DNA of 60,283 nucleotides from Ministeria vibrans ATCC 50519 (taxonomy: Eukaryota > Protista > Filasterea): assembly GCA_943704425.1 (NCBI GenBank), contig CALSCP010000470.1, forward strand, positions 3,178 through 63,460, written 5' to 3'. Positions 12,991-25,400 of the stretch are shown here, piece after piece; the stretch's first letter is position 1; each line of letters opens with the position of its first letter. The notes below the pieces were generated by a model. The model saw only the letters and a program-made list of their open reading frames with translations, was not told the DNA's origin and ran no database searches. The position numbers and the translations under genes were made by a program.

Positions 12991-13637
12991 GGATGAGAAA
13001 CAGAATGTACCCACCCCCCACTTGTCGTTGTTGTTGTTGTTGTTGTTGTTGCTGTTGTTTGTTGTCGCAGAGGGGACCTCTCTCTCTCTTGTCTCAGTTC
13101 TCTACTACGACTTCACCACCACACAAGGACACACACTCATATCCCGCCACCGCACACACACCAGAGCACACCAGAGCACACCAGTACTTCCACACGCATA
13201 CAAGTGTGTGAATAAGTCCCGCACTTGTTCTGAAGGCTTAACCAGCCAGGGTCAAACCCCACCTAAAAACAACTCAATAAGCGCTCTTTCTCTTTATCTC
13301 TCCCTCTGTTGCGTACCAAATGCGTGAGTTGAGGTGAATCCCACCTTCTCTTCAAATTGGCCGTCAATTTGACTTCCGTACACATAATAATAAAACACAT
13401 CTCGCAACAGAACAAAAAACAAACAAACAAAAAAGAACGAAGTTACGTTTTTTTTTTTTTNNNNNNNNNNNNNNNNNNNNNNNNNNNNNNNNNNNNNNNN
13501 NGGCATGGATCACAAATATTTCATCTCGATTGTGATAAACGAGAAGCACACTTCAACAAGTCGACAAAAAAAGAAGCAAACACACCGAATTAAAAACAAA
13601 GAAATAAATGAAAGAAAAAAGAAAAAAAAGGAGCAAC

Positions 13638-14211
13638 TTAGACTGGCACAGTGGCCAGAGGACTATTGGCAGCGGCCAAGAGCATCGCCACGGTCATGTC
13701 GGAGCCACTTCGAGGAACCTTGGGTATAGCACTGAAAGAGGACACCGACGCCGACTGGACGTCGCCGTTGCTGCTGTCGCTGCTTGCTGTGGTGCCGTGC
13801 CGCTGGCGCAGTTGTTGCACCATGAGATGTTCTTTGAGTTGCCCTGTCATGAGTAGCGAGTCGCGGTCGCGTGTCGCCATCTGGAGACGGTACTGGAGCA
13901 TTGCAAGTGTTTGCTTGACATCGTTTTGTTCCTGCTTGGCCACGCGCAACTGTTGGTCGGCGTCATCCCAACGCTTGAGCTTGCGGTTGCGACACTCAGC
14001 CGCCGCCATGCGGTTGCGTTCGCGCCGTCGCTGCTGCTTGCATTGCTTGATGTACTCTTCGCTGCATCCTTGAACCTGTGCCCGCTGGCAGAGTGTCTTG
14101 AACTGCAGTAGGTGTGCGAAAAGGCGAGATTGAGAAATGATGAGCAAAGCGTTGAAAGTAAGACGTATTACCAATGGCAAGTCACTCAGAACTATTTCGT
14201 CCCGACTCAGT

Positions 14212-14259
<48 letters not shown>

Positions 14260-14477
14260 GGCATGTCGTCTGAGAGTTGGTGCTGCTGCTGGTAGTGCAT
14301 CGGCGGGCGTCGCACGCGCGACGCCATGGTGGCCTGGTACGACGGAGGTCGAGCAAGTCGTGATAGGGTGAAGTCCTCATCATCGTCGTCGTCCTCCTCC
14401 TCGTCAGTCTGGCTCTCCTCCCCACTCGACACGGCGTAGTCTTGATCGTCGGCGTCCTCGTCGGCCGCCTGGTCCAT
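13638..14477 (-). CDS. bZIP transcription factor, Fos/Jun/ATF-like
   Basis: RRRERNRMAAAECRNRK basic region plus zipper, with poly-Q and acidic tracts. Start uncertain (ATG 14477 or 14635). Confidence 0.8.
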
Positions 14478-15049
14478 CGCAACCGCGTGCGAGGAAACCC
14501 TCACACCGCAATGCGGATGGTCGACCAAGTTGGTCGTTGACGTCCAGCGCGAAAACGAGTCGTCGCCGTCGCCGTCGTCGCTGGCCCGTGGGACAACGAC
14601 GTAGGAGGAGAGCACAGAAGCAATGGTCAACAGCATCAGCAGCGAGCGGGGTGCGGCACGCTGTGGTTTTCCTTTTTTTCTCTTTTTTCTTTTTTCTTTC
14701 TGTTGTTGCAAGTGGGGTGTGTGAGCCGTCGGCTGTTGGTGTGTGCTAACGCGTCACCACTATGGTACGAGTGCTATTTGTATACAAGAAATGAGTTGGA
14801 ATGAATGAATAAAAATGAAAATGATTTTGTGAATTGTTTCTTTGTTATGGATCACGGTCGAGCGTTTTCGTCATGCTACGTCACGAAAAGTATTTTTAAC
14901 TTTTTGACTAAATGACAAATTCACACACAAACTACTAGATATGATGGATCGCTAGTGCACCTAATCGCTTACCAGTGTAGACACCTCACACACTCTAGTG
15001 AGTGGCGCGTGACAGCTGTGTGGATCAGTAAGCTGATGGATAAAAAGAT

Positions 15050-16117
15050 AATTATCAAACCTCAAACCTCAATCTTTTCTCTTCCCTGGCGAACCCGGTG
15101 CCGGCCAGATGAATCTTGCCAACCGATGCGTCCCTGTGCTCAACAACGGCCATCCTGCCTATTGACGAACACGCTCAAGCACTCACAAAAGTCGTTCAAC
15201 CCAAAAGACAACAGCAAACAGAGCTCCCCCTGCCGCCCGTGGCGCGCCAGGCGGGCTCTGCGTTTATCAGTGATACGAGCCACCTGCGGGGTGCAGCGTC
15301 TACGGGGTTCGCGAAGGCCAAGGGTGCGGCCAGTGCCCATTGTGTACACCAGTGGCTGTTTTCACCCTAACCTCTGCCCTGCGCAGCTTGTGCACAGGCC
15401 AAGGCTATTTACAAGCAGTTTGTATCTCAGCGACTTACCTCTTTCTTCCGTTTTGGACGTGAGGGTGAGCGGTCCCTCAAAGGCACTCTCTCAAGAAATC
15501 TGAATCCTCACAGAGTCCCTCCAAGAGCCGCATGTGACCGCCACCCTTCCTGTAGCGCATCAGTCGCGGTGTGCCGTTCTACTTGCCGACTGCGCAAGTT
15601 GACATCTTCCTCGCACAACTCAGGTATACATACACCCTAATGGCCTGTGTCATAGTAGACTCGCCTCCTTCCTTTGCCTTCGCTGGATATGCGGAGCTCG
15701 CCGACAAGCGGTGCAGAGCATGTCACGACGACTGTGAAAGTCTGTCTGAGAGACACACAGCGGGAGGCGGGAGCGAGAGACAGAGAGAGAGACAGAGAGA
15801 GCGAGAGAAAGCATTCCTTCATCCCACCGACTTGGTCAGACGTACAAAATGGTCGCACTTGGAGAACTTGTTGCGCCAGTGCCACCCAAACCGCCGTCTC
15901 CAGCATCCGTTTTCAGCTGGATCTGACAATGCCCCTTCTTCCTGACACTTATATGTATGACACGCCAAGTTCATCTCCACCACCACCACCACTGCAGAGC
16001 CAGCAACATGCGAGCAAACTGTTCCTCCCTCAGAGGCCCTTATTTGTTCTTGTTTCCCTCCTTTTGAGAGTTGAGACCTCCACCTCTAACGCCATTGGGC
16101 ATTGCCCGGCTAATTGA
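15050..16117 (+). CDS. Hypothetical multi-exon protein (boundaries uncertain)
   Basis: GC-rich segments are separated by plausible short GT-AG introns (acceptors ~15386, ~15555; donors ~15464, ~15624) and end in ORF 15674-16117. No family recognised. Confidence 0.3.
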
Positions 16118-16341
16118 ATGAAAATGATAAATTTATGAAGAAGAAGACATTCAATTTATGATTTAAGAAATCGAGAATGAAGTGTGATCAGAATGATGAT
16201 ATAATTATTAGGAGTGGGTTTTAAACCTTTTAATATTTTTCAGTTCTAAACCACCGCTCACCTCACGCGACCTGGACCACACCCTCCCCCCAGCCCCCTT
16301 CCCTCCCCTCCTCCGCCAGTTAGTTCTGCTTGCTGGGGACC

Positions 16342-17081
16342 ATGTCGGATCCGGAAGACGACGAATTCGACGAGGAATGGACGGAAGAAGAGCTCGCCGC
16401 TCACCACTACAGCCGGAGTACGCCGCCCTCTGATCCCTTGGCCTTCCTGCGCCCCCGCTCCCGCCCCCCGCCTCTCCCCATCCACATTACAAGCATCTCA
16501 TGGCGTTCTGTTGGCTCTTTGTCGCTTGTCTCTCTCTTTCCATTGTGTTTTTGAAAAGGAGAAAAAACTTGCTTCAAGTTCTCTCTCTCTCTGTCGCTCT
16601 CTCGCTCCAGTCCGACGGCCTCAATCGCCCTCTCGCATACACTCATTTATTCTCTTGCCCCTCGCTCTCCCCGCCACTCTCTCCTTCCCGATTTCTCGTT
16701 GCTTGATGTCTTTTTTCCTTTTTTTTTTTTTTTTNNNNNNNNNNGCCCGTTGGTCCTCCTCACACGGACCTTTGAGCTCCAGTCCGCCGTTTCCACTCCA
16801 CTCCGCACGCCACACTCGTCGGTGGCGGGAGGAGGAGGGAGATCTTGGGGTTTTTATCGTCTCCCTCCCGCTTGATGTGTGGTCCGCGGCACAGCTGACC
16901 CCCCGTTTGAGTGTTTTGGTGAAGGTCCCACTGATGCTCTTCTTCTCTTGTAGTATCACAGCTTGTTTCCTACATCACCGGCGACAACGTCTACGAGAAC
17001 CCTGCCTTGCTGGACAGGTACCCGTTGATCTTTAGACCAAACTCCGTCTCTCAAACACTTTCTCTCTCTCTCTCTATCACT

Positions 17082-17178
<97 letters not shown>

Positions 17179-19045
17179 ACACACACTTAGTGGCTACTCC
17201 CTCTGCAAGATGGTCAACTCAGCATGCCCCGGCGCCATTCCTGAAGACGAAATGGGTGAACATCTCATGGAGGACACGGTCAACTATCCCATGCTCATTA
17301 CGTTCCTCGTAAGCACAACAACCATACGAATAGTACACCTTTCGCCCATCGAAACTAAACGTCTTCTTTTCCAAGATTGCGTGTGACACCGCGCTTGGCA
17401 TTGAGGAAGTCTTCACTCCAGCCGACCTATTACACCGCACCGGCCTGGAGCAGGTACCCAACTAAGAATACAATCCCAATCAATCGTGACTTTGGTATGG
17501 CACAGGTGGCACGCACACTCGAGACAGTCTACACTGCAATCCCCGCACGTGAAATTGCCAACGCCGACGACTTCGATGACAATGACCCCGTCGTTGCAGC
17601 AGCCGCAGCAGCAGACGCAGCAGTTGCTGCAATCACCGACAAGTCCACTCAGAGCACTATGGACGCACTCAGTTCTTCGTGTCTCTCAACAGCCGACGGT
17701 ACTTTCTTATCATATTTCTCTTTTGTGTGTGTGCGTGTTGCTTACTTTTCTTTTGCTCAGAGTATACACCAGAAGAACTTGAAAAACGACAGAAGAGAAG
17801 GTCAGAAACTCTCCCAAACACAAACCAGATGACAAAGTTGATATATCATGTTGTTTTCAATGGATAATAGGGAAATGTGTGTCAACGAACTGATGCAAAC
17901 AGAAAAGAAATACGTTCAGGATCTCAAGGCAGTTGTCGAAGTAATCAATTTTACGCGCTTACCCTTTTGAACACGTCACTCTTGCTCTTTAACTCTCTCA
18001 CTTTCTATTTTGCCGCTGTCTCTCTTTCACTTTGTTTCTTTTTGTTTCATTCTTCGGCACACACACACACACACACACTTTCTCTCTCTCTACATATAAT
18101 AATTTATAATAATTATTATAATTATACTATAATTATCACTTTGGGTTTTTCACTCAATCTGTCACTTATTCCTTGCTTTTACTCGGAGTCCCTTTCACTC
18201 ACTCCCTCTATTTTTTGTAGGGTTATCTTGGAAAGATTACTGAGACCGACCGACTTGAGCCGGAAGATTGTCGAATCATCTTTGGGAACATTGGCGAACT
18301 TTACTCGTGCAATTCGGCTTTTCTGGAGAGTCTAGAAAGTGCAATGGAATGTGCTCCGGAGACGATTGGAGACTGCTTTAGCATCAGAGTACGATAAAAA
18401 CATTGCGCGTCCTTGACCTCAAGTGAAACGTCGCACCCTTTGACTCACTTGTCGTTTTTTGTATAGGAAACGGAGTTCAAACGCTACACTGACTACTGCA
18501 CAAATCAATCGTCGTCAAGTCGTTTGCTTGATCTCATGCGCGAGACTGACTCGTCGTTTGGTGCGTTTCTCAAGGGCTGTCAGATGATTCTCAATCAGCC
18601 CTTGGGCCTGGAAGCCTACCTCTTGACTCCCCTCCAACGCATTCTCAAGTACCCTCTCCTCATCAAGGTAGGCGCCACACCACTCGATTTTTTTCTCTCT
18701 CTATCATGTTGTTTGTTTCCTCCTCCTCTCTCTTTCTCTATCACTTTGTTTTTTTCTCCCTCCCTGCCTCCTTTCTTTCTCCTCTCCCTCTCTCTCAAAC
18801 TCTCTCTTTCTTTCTTTCTCTCTCTCAAACTCTCCTTCACACACACGCATGCACTCACTTCTGTTTTCGCTCTTGCAGGAAATTATCAAGTACTCTGATG
18901 CAAACGATGCAGCTCTCGAGTCCCTGAAAAAAGCTCTGGCAGTCATGGAAGTAAGGCAACCCCCAGTACTATTTTAAAGAATATCTCTTTTATTCTCTCT
19001 CTCTATCACTTTGTTTTTTCTCTCTCTCACTTTGTTTCTTTCTCC

Positions 19046-19119
<74 letters not shown>

Positions 19120-22100
19120 CCTCCTCTCTCTCTCTCTCTCTGTTTTTCTAGTCTGTTGCGGGATTTATCAACGAAATGAAGCGCGAAACGGAGCATTTAG
19201 ACATGATTATGCGTCTGCAAACACAGATTACGGGCTATCCCGAGGACAATCCGGACGTTCCCGAACTGGTCTGTCTCGGCAAAATGCTCAGAAGGTATAC
19301 ACACACAATCAGCTACTCCATACTCTTCTCGCTCACTCCTTCATTCTCTTTGTAGGGCACTCGTCAAGGCAGTCGACAAGCGAAATGGACGATCATCGTC
19401 GGGCAACGAGCGGGCACTGTTTCTGTTCGAGCAGGCGCTGGTGATTTGCAAAGAGAAGGAAAAGGACGCCGTGTATACATTCAAGGAAATTGCGTTTGTG
19501 AGCAAGTCGCTCATGACAGTGAGTCCGCTCATGAACACCGAAGACAACTTGTTTCCCTGGGAGGTCTCGTATACGCAGCAGGTGGGCGCCTCAAAGCGCA
19601 AGATGGTCTATCTTATGTACAGCTACACCAGAGGAGATCGGTATGAACAATAATAATAATAAAATTAATAGATTAATAATAATAATAATACTAACAATAA
19701 TAATAATAAAATTGATAATAATAATAAATTGTTTATTATTTATTATTATTGTTATTGTTATTGTTGGTATTGTTGTTGTTTATCATTATTTTATTTTTCT
19801 CCTTTCGCTTTTTTCTCACTCCTCTCTCTGATACATTTTCTTAGTGTCTATTGGGTGGAGACCTTAAACCGTCTTGTGAAAAACGACCTGAACAACAAAT
19901 TCTTAACGTCCAAGGTGATGAACAAGGGCCAAGTGAGTGCCCCTTCGTCGCTGGCCATTGATTACACTGTGCTCGTGGACAAGGCACGTCGTGTCAATGC
20001 GCGCATTCAACGTCTCGATCAGATCCGCTCGCAGAACACGTCAACGTCGAAACGCAATCCGCTGGGGCTCCTCTCCAAGTTTGGTGGTGGAACCAGCACG
20101 TCGCCCGCCGTCTCACCCAGTGCCAGTGGCAGTGGCAACATTTCCATTGCTCGCTCTCCCGGTGCGGTCGCCGGCTCAGGCATGTCGGCTGTCGCAGCCG
20201 CTGCTGCTTCAGCCGCTGCCCTCCGTTCCCCGCGCTTCCCCGCCACCGCCGCGTCGGCACCCACCTCACCAAAGCAGGCGCGTACCACGTCCGCTGTCGT
20301 CGTCGACTCGTCCGACGACGACGACGACCAAGACATATTTGCCCTACCCGTCGAACTGCCCAACCGCTCGTCGTACACGGACGTGCGTTCTGCACCCACG
20401 TCGCCTCACATGCGCAACCGCAGCACCAGCTCCAGTCAGTATACCGGAAGTCCTCCTCCGCAGCGTGCACTCGCTGGCACTGGTGCTGTCTTTCGTCGCC
20501 AGATCCGTCCGGGTTCCAGCGCTTCCCCGGCTCCCAACGAGAGCAGAGGCAGCAATCGCTCAAGCATTTCCGACGACCTCGCACTCAGTCTCGACCAGCA
20601 CTTGGCGTCCAACACCGAACCTCCCAGCTCTGCATCACCTCTCTCCGCCTCCGACTTCTCCGCAGTGTCCACAACGCCCGCCGGTGACGGTGACACCCCC
20701 ATTCTCAAGCGAAAACTCCAACGTACCCGTGGCGGCGCCAACAACAAGATTGCCGCACGATGGATCGAATCGACCTCACGCTCCGTCGACGAATCTCTTG
20801 TTCTCAATTCGTCTGAACCAGCAGCAGCGCCCACAACACCCCAGCTTGACACTACCACCGTCGAAGGTCCCCCGCCACTCTCCACTCTCTCGCGCCAGGC
20901 TTCGCTTGCCGCCCCCCAGAGCAAACCGCCTATCAAGGCGTCCCCATCCAACATCAGTGTTCAGTCCACCAGCCCCCGCACTCTCGCCAGCGACTCGCCC
21001 CCTCAACTGCCGCCCAAATCCCCACGCTCCGGTGGAGCAGCGCGAGCTCAACTCGCCGCAGTCATTTCTAAACTGCAGAGTGTTGAAGCAACTTCAGCCA
21101 GCGCGCCCACTCCTCCCCCCACCACCACCACTACTACTCCAAGCACCACTCCCAGAACTTTTACTGCCCCAACCGCAACCGTCTCCTCACCTGAGCTTCC
21201 TCTGCGTCGCCCCACCCACGCACCACCTAAACCCCCTACACTCACTCCCGCACCATCGCTCTTGCGCGACGTCTCCTCCGAACGGCTTTTGCCCTCCGTT
21301 ACACGTAGCGTCAGCAGCAACCACGCTCCCGAATTGTCGTCGACATGTAACCCTGCGCTCGCCGGCAGCTCTTCTAATCATGTCGTGATCGACCAGACCT
21401 GTGTCTCTCGCAGCGCCTCAGCCCTCCTCAGTCATGACGCAAACAACTCTCCTCCTCCTCTCCCGCCGCGCTCACCCAACATCTCGCGTCGTCCTAGTGT
21501 CCAAAAACTACCATCAAACCTGTCGCCGCGAAAACCCGCTGTGCTTCCCAAACCCACCCTCTCCCCTCTCCCTTCTTCTTTGTCACCATCCTCCACCCCT
21601 GTCGCTCGCCAACACTCCGGCCAACGCCCCACTCTCGGCCCCAAACCTTCTCAGGAGGCCATCCAACGCCCCACCCTCAGCCCCAAGCCCTCTCAGGAGA
21701 CAATTCAACGCCGTCGCGAGGCCCTCAATCCGACAACCTCACCTAAGCACCGTCTCTCCATTGACGCCTCCAAAATCTCCCCTCGCATCCTTCCGCCGAC
21801 CCCTCTCTCCTCTCCTTCTTCCTCCTCCCAGCGCGACACCCTTCCCCATTCCCATCAACCCACCATGGAAGCCTGGGAGGTATGTGTGTTGTTGCAATCA
21901 CTTTACCTTCTAAATATATTGTGCTTAGGATGACGACCACGACCTCAAATCCGCACAAAACGATCTTAAGTTAGGCAAACTCCAATCTGGCAAAAATCTT
22001 CTTGAAACACTCACAAAGGTACCAATACTATATATTGGCTCAATTCCAAACATCATCCACAAAATAGCTCAATCTCTCTCTCTCTCTCTCACTTTCTCAC

Positions 22101-22285
22101 ACACACTTTGTTTCTCTTTCTCTTCCTCTTCTCTTTCTCCCGTCTTTCGTATTTCTTACTCTCTTCCTTTCTCTTTTTCCCTTCTTTCTTATTCTCTGTA
22201 TTGAAATTAGCTGCGTCCCAACTCCCGTCCTCCTCCTCCTATTCCCTCTCTCAAAAATTCTTCCAACACCGAATCCAATCTTTGA
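16342..22285 (+). CDS. Rho guanine-nucleotide exchange factor, CH-DH-PH with a long Pro/Ser-rich tail
   Basis: CH-like exons (YSLCKMVNSACPGAI; ACDTALGIEEVFTPADL). DH motifs ELMQTEKKYVQDL, IFGNIGELY, LEAYLLTPLQRILKYPLLIKE, VAGFINEMKR. PH motif ERALFLFEQALVICK. Last exon ends at TGA 22283-22285. An N gap lies near 16735-16743. Confidence 0.85.
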
Positions 22286-22485
22286 TTTCTTCTTTCCAAG
22301 TAATCTCATGGTTGCGTTTTTTTAACTTCATCTTGTTCTGTAATAAACTTTATACTTTCGATCGTAATTATTAAGATGTTTATTTACTTTTCGTTTTCTC
22401 ATTCACTCTCGATCAGAACGAAAAAAAAAATGGAATAGTATCGATTATTGTATAATTGTATTGTACAAAAAACGGAATGTATAAA

Positions 22486-25400
22486 TCAAATCTGCTCACA
22501 ACAATACGGACTCTCGAGCATCGAATCAATCATAGTCACTACACAGACACACACAAAAATCAGTGAGACTGATCTCGGCACATTCGGGTTTGATAATGAT
22601 TATACCAATCAACTTGAAATCGGGGCGTTCGTCCGGTTCCTGAGCCCAACACTCACTGATGAGCTGCGCCACATCGTCGTGGGTCTCGAGCGGCAGTGAG
22701 GGCCGTTCTCCGCGACACACTGCAGACTCGATGGCCCATACTGTGTCGTACTCGGAGAAGGGCAACTCTCGTGTGAAGATTTCCTAATCATAATTAAAGA
22801 CAGTTACGGGAAGAGACTCACTTAAAAATCATCTTACCCACAGGACAATGCCAAAGGAATAGACATCGCAGGGCGCAGAGTAATCTCGTCCCATTAGAAT
22901 TTCAGGTGCCTAAACACACAAACACAATTGCAACCAGTCAGATTTTGTCTCATTCGCACACAATTGAGTTCCACAGGAAGTACACTGCTCAACTTGTACA
23001 TGTCATATATAAAAATATAAAAATACATTAAAAACGATCATAATACGATCATAATGGTGATATAAAAACAGTATTACACATAGACACACACACACAAAAA
23101 TAATAAAAAAATAAAAAATATAAATCACCGAGTACAGTACTTCAATCTCCCTTCCCTCCTGTGCACTTTCACTATGTACCTGCCACAAAAGCGTACCCAC
23201 ACCGCGTGTCATGATGCTCGCAGCTACAGCGCCCGAGGACGTCTTGGCACTTGCACCCAGACCCAAGTCGCGCAAAAGCGGCTGATTGAGCCCACCATTC
23301 TCACGCGACTCAGGAATCTGCACCGTGAACCCAGTCAGAGCAGGTGTGTCCCGCATCGAATTGTTCTGAGTCGCATTCACACTGCTATTGCCAGTGACCG
23401 TTCCACTACTCGAAATAGCAATATTGCTCGTCACAGTCCGCCGTGTCATCGAATTCACTGTGCACTCATCCTCCGCCGACAGCCCACTGTCTTCAAGCAA
23501 CCCGTCTTGGTTCCCACGTCGCGCACTGTACTGGAGCGAATCAATCAGGGTCGCTGTCCCAAAGTCTACAAACCCGCTGTGAGTACGATAGTAAGAAATG
23601 CAGAAACCAACAACTTACCAGCCACTTTGACGCAAAACTGCTCGGACACGACAAAATTGGCTGATTTGACATCACGATGAATCACCGGTGGAGAGAGCCC
23701 ATGTAAAAAGCGCAATCCTACACATACACACACACACACACACACAAAAACACACACACACACAAACACACAGACACATAGGGTAAGACGACATTCAACA
23801 CAGGTCTTTGTAGTCTAGCTCTTTGTGTACCCTTTGCTGCGTCCAGGGCGAAACGCAACTTCTGCACATCTCCCAACAAAGTCTGTTTGTCATGCAAAAT
23901 GCTCCGCAAACTCCCACGCTCCAGATACTCCGTCACAAGAAACGGGCAGTGTGCATCGCCACGCAATCCACCGCCATACCCATAGAAAAACACCACATTG
24001 GGATGTCGAATTTTCCGCAGAAAACGCACTTCCTTTTCAAACTCTTCGCGCGCTGCAATGTCCGTGTCCATCACTGCTTGCTTGAGAATCTTCACACTCA
24101 CAACACGACCCGCCCAGTGAGCCTTCCACACCTAATAAAAGAGACAGAGACAGCAAGTGTGATTAAGTGAGAGAGATGAGAAAAAAAATATGTGAGATGA
24201 GAAAACGCGACTGGAAATAACGCGATTAAGAAAGTGTGTATATCCTCTGTGAGAGTATTAAAATGTGATTGGGTAAGAGAGACAAGAGAAACAGAACCAT
24301 AGAAACAGAGTAAAGAGAGTGAATTGATATGAGTGACAGTGGTGTGTTTAAGGAAGAAAGTGGGCTGTTTGCGAGTGAATGAAAATGATGTCGCTGATTG
24401 CGAGCAACATAATTATGTGTAAATTTATTAGAACATTGGACTCTTACCTCTCCAAACGAACCCGTGTCAATCTTTTCACGCAACTTGACAGCGGCAGGCT
24501 CAATCAAAAAGGTCTCTTCAAGATCACGCACTGCCCGTCGAGTCACCGCCAAATCTATCCCAACCAAAATACAATCATTAAATCACTTTCAAAATACAAT
24601 AATAATACACTATAGACGTGTTTCATATTCATTTACCGTTCTCGGCGTGATTAAGAAGTCGCTGATACTGCTTCTGCTTGCGACGGTACTTTCCAGCACG
24701 ACGAACCATCAGGACGAGACCCACCACCATCGCAATGACAAGAAGTGACCCAATCACTTGAATGGGAACCAGTGGAAGGTAACAGTCATCAATCGCTTCA
24801 TACCCCTACAAAATACAACAGAACAATCATGTTTATAACACATCCCCTCTACATGAACTGAATTGCTTTTTCGTACAAAATCGCAGGAGCACATGGAGAC
24901 TCCACTTGTGCCGGCGACAATGGTGCACTCGCCGTGGCCGTTGCATGTGTTGGGCACGCACTCCTTGCACGAGTTGATTTCGGTTGCGGCAAAGAGTGAG
25001 TTATACGAGCGACCGGGGCAGTTAAAGCAGGTTTTCTGGCCTGGTAGATTCTGGAACATGCCCGGCACGCACGGCGTGCACTGCATGTGGGCGTAGTCGG
25101 CCGAAGCAAAGCCAGGGTTGCAGCCCGGCTGAAGAAGAAGGGTGCGCGAGAAGAGCCCTTCACCACCGTAGATCATCATGCCCGCCGTGTCGTTGCTGTG
25201 CTGCAGCGCAGTCATGACGGCCGTCGAGCCACTGCACGGCTCGGGGGTGTTTGTTGTGAGAATGATGCGCCACTGGTTTTGGAGCAGATCGAGCTCCCAC
25301 ATGTCATTGAGGTTCTCGCCAAGTGCGTTAGTTCCTCCAAAAATAATAATCTTCTCGCCCACCGTGACACTCACATGGAACGAGCGTGCCATGGGTCCCG

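Noticed and set aside
12547-13130. GCN4/ATF4-type upstream ORFs before the GCN4-like bZIP
   Set aside because: No minus-strand ATG found in the ~590 nt upstream of the start codon.
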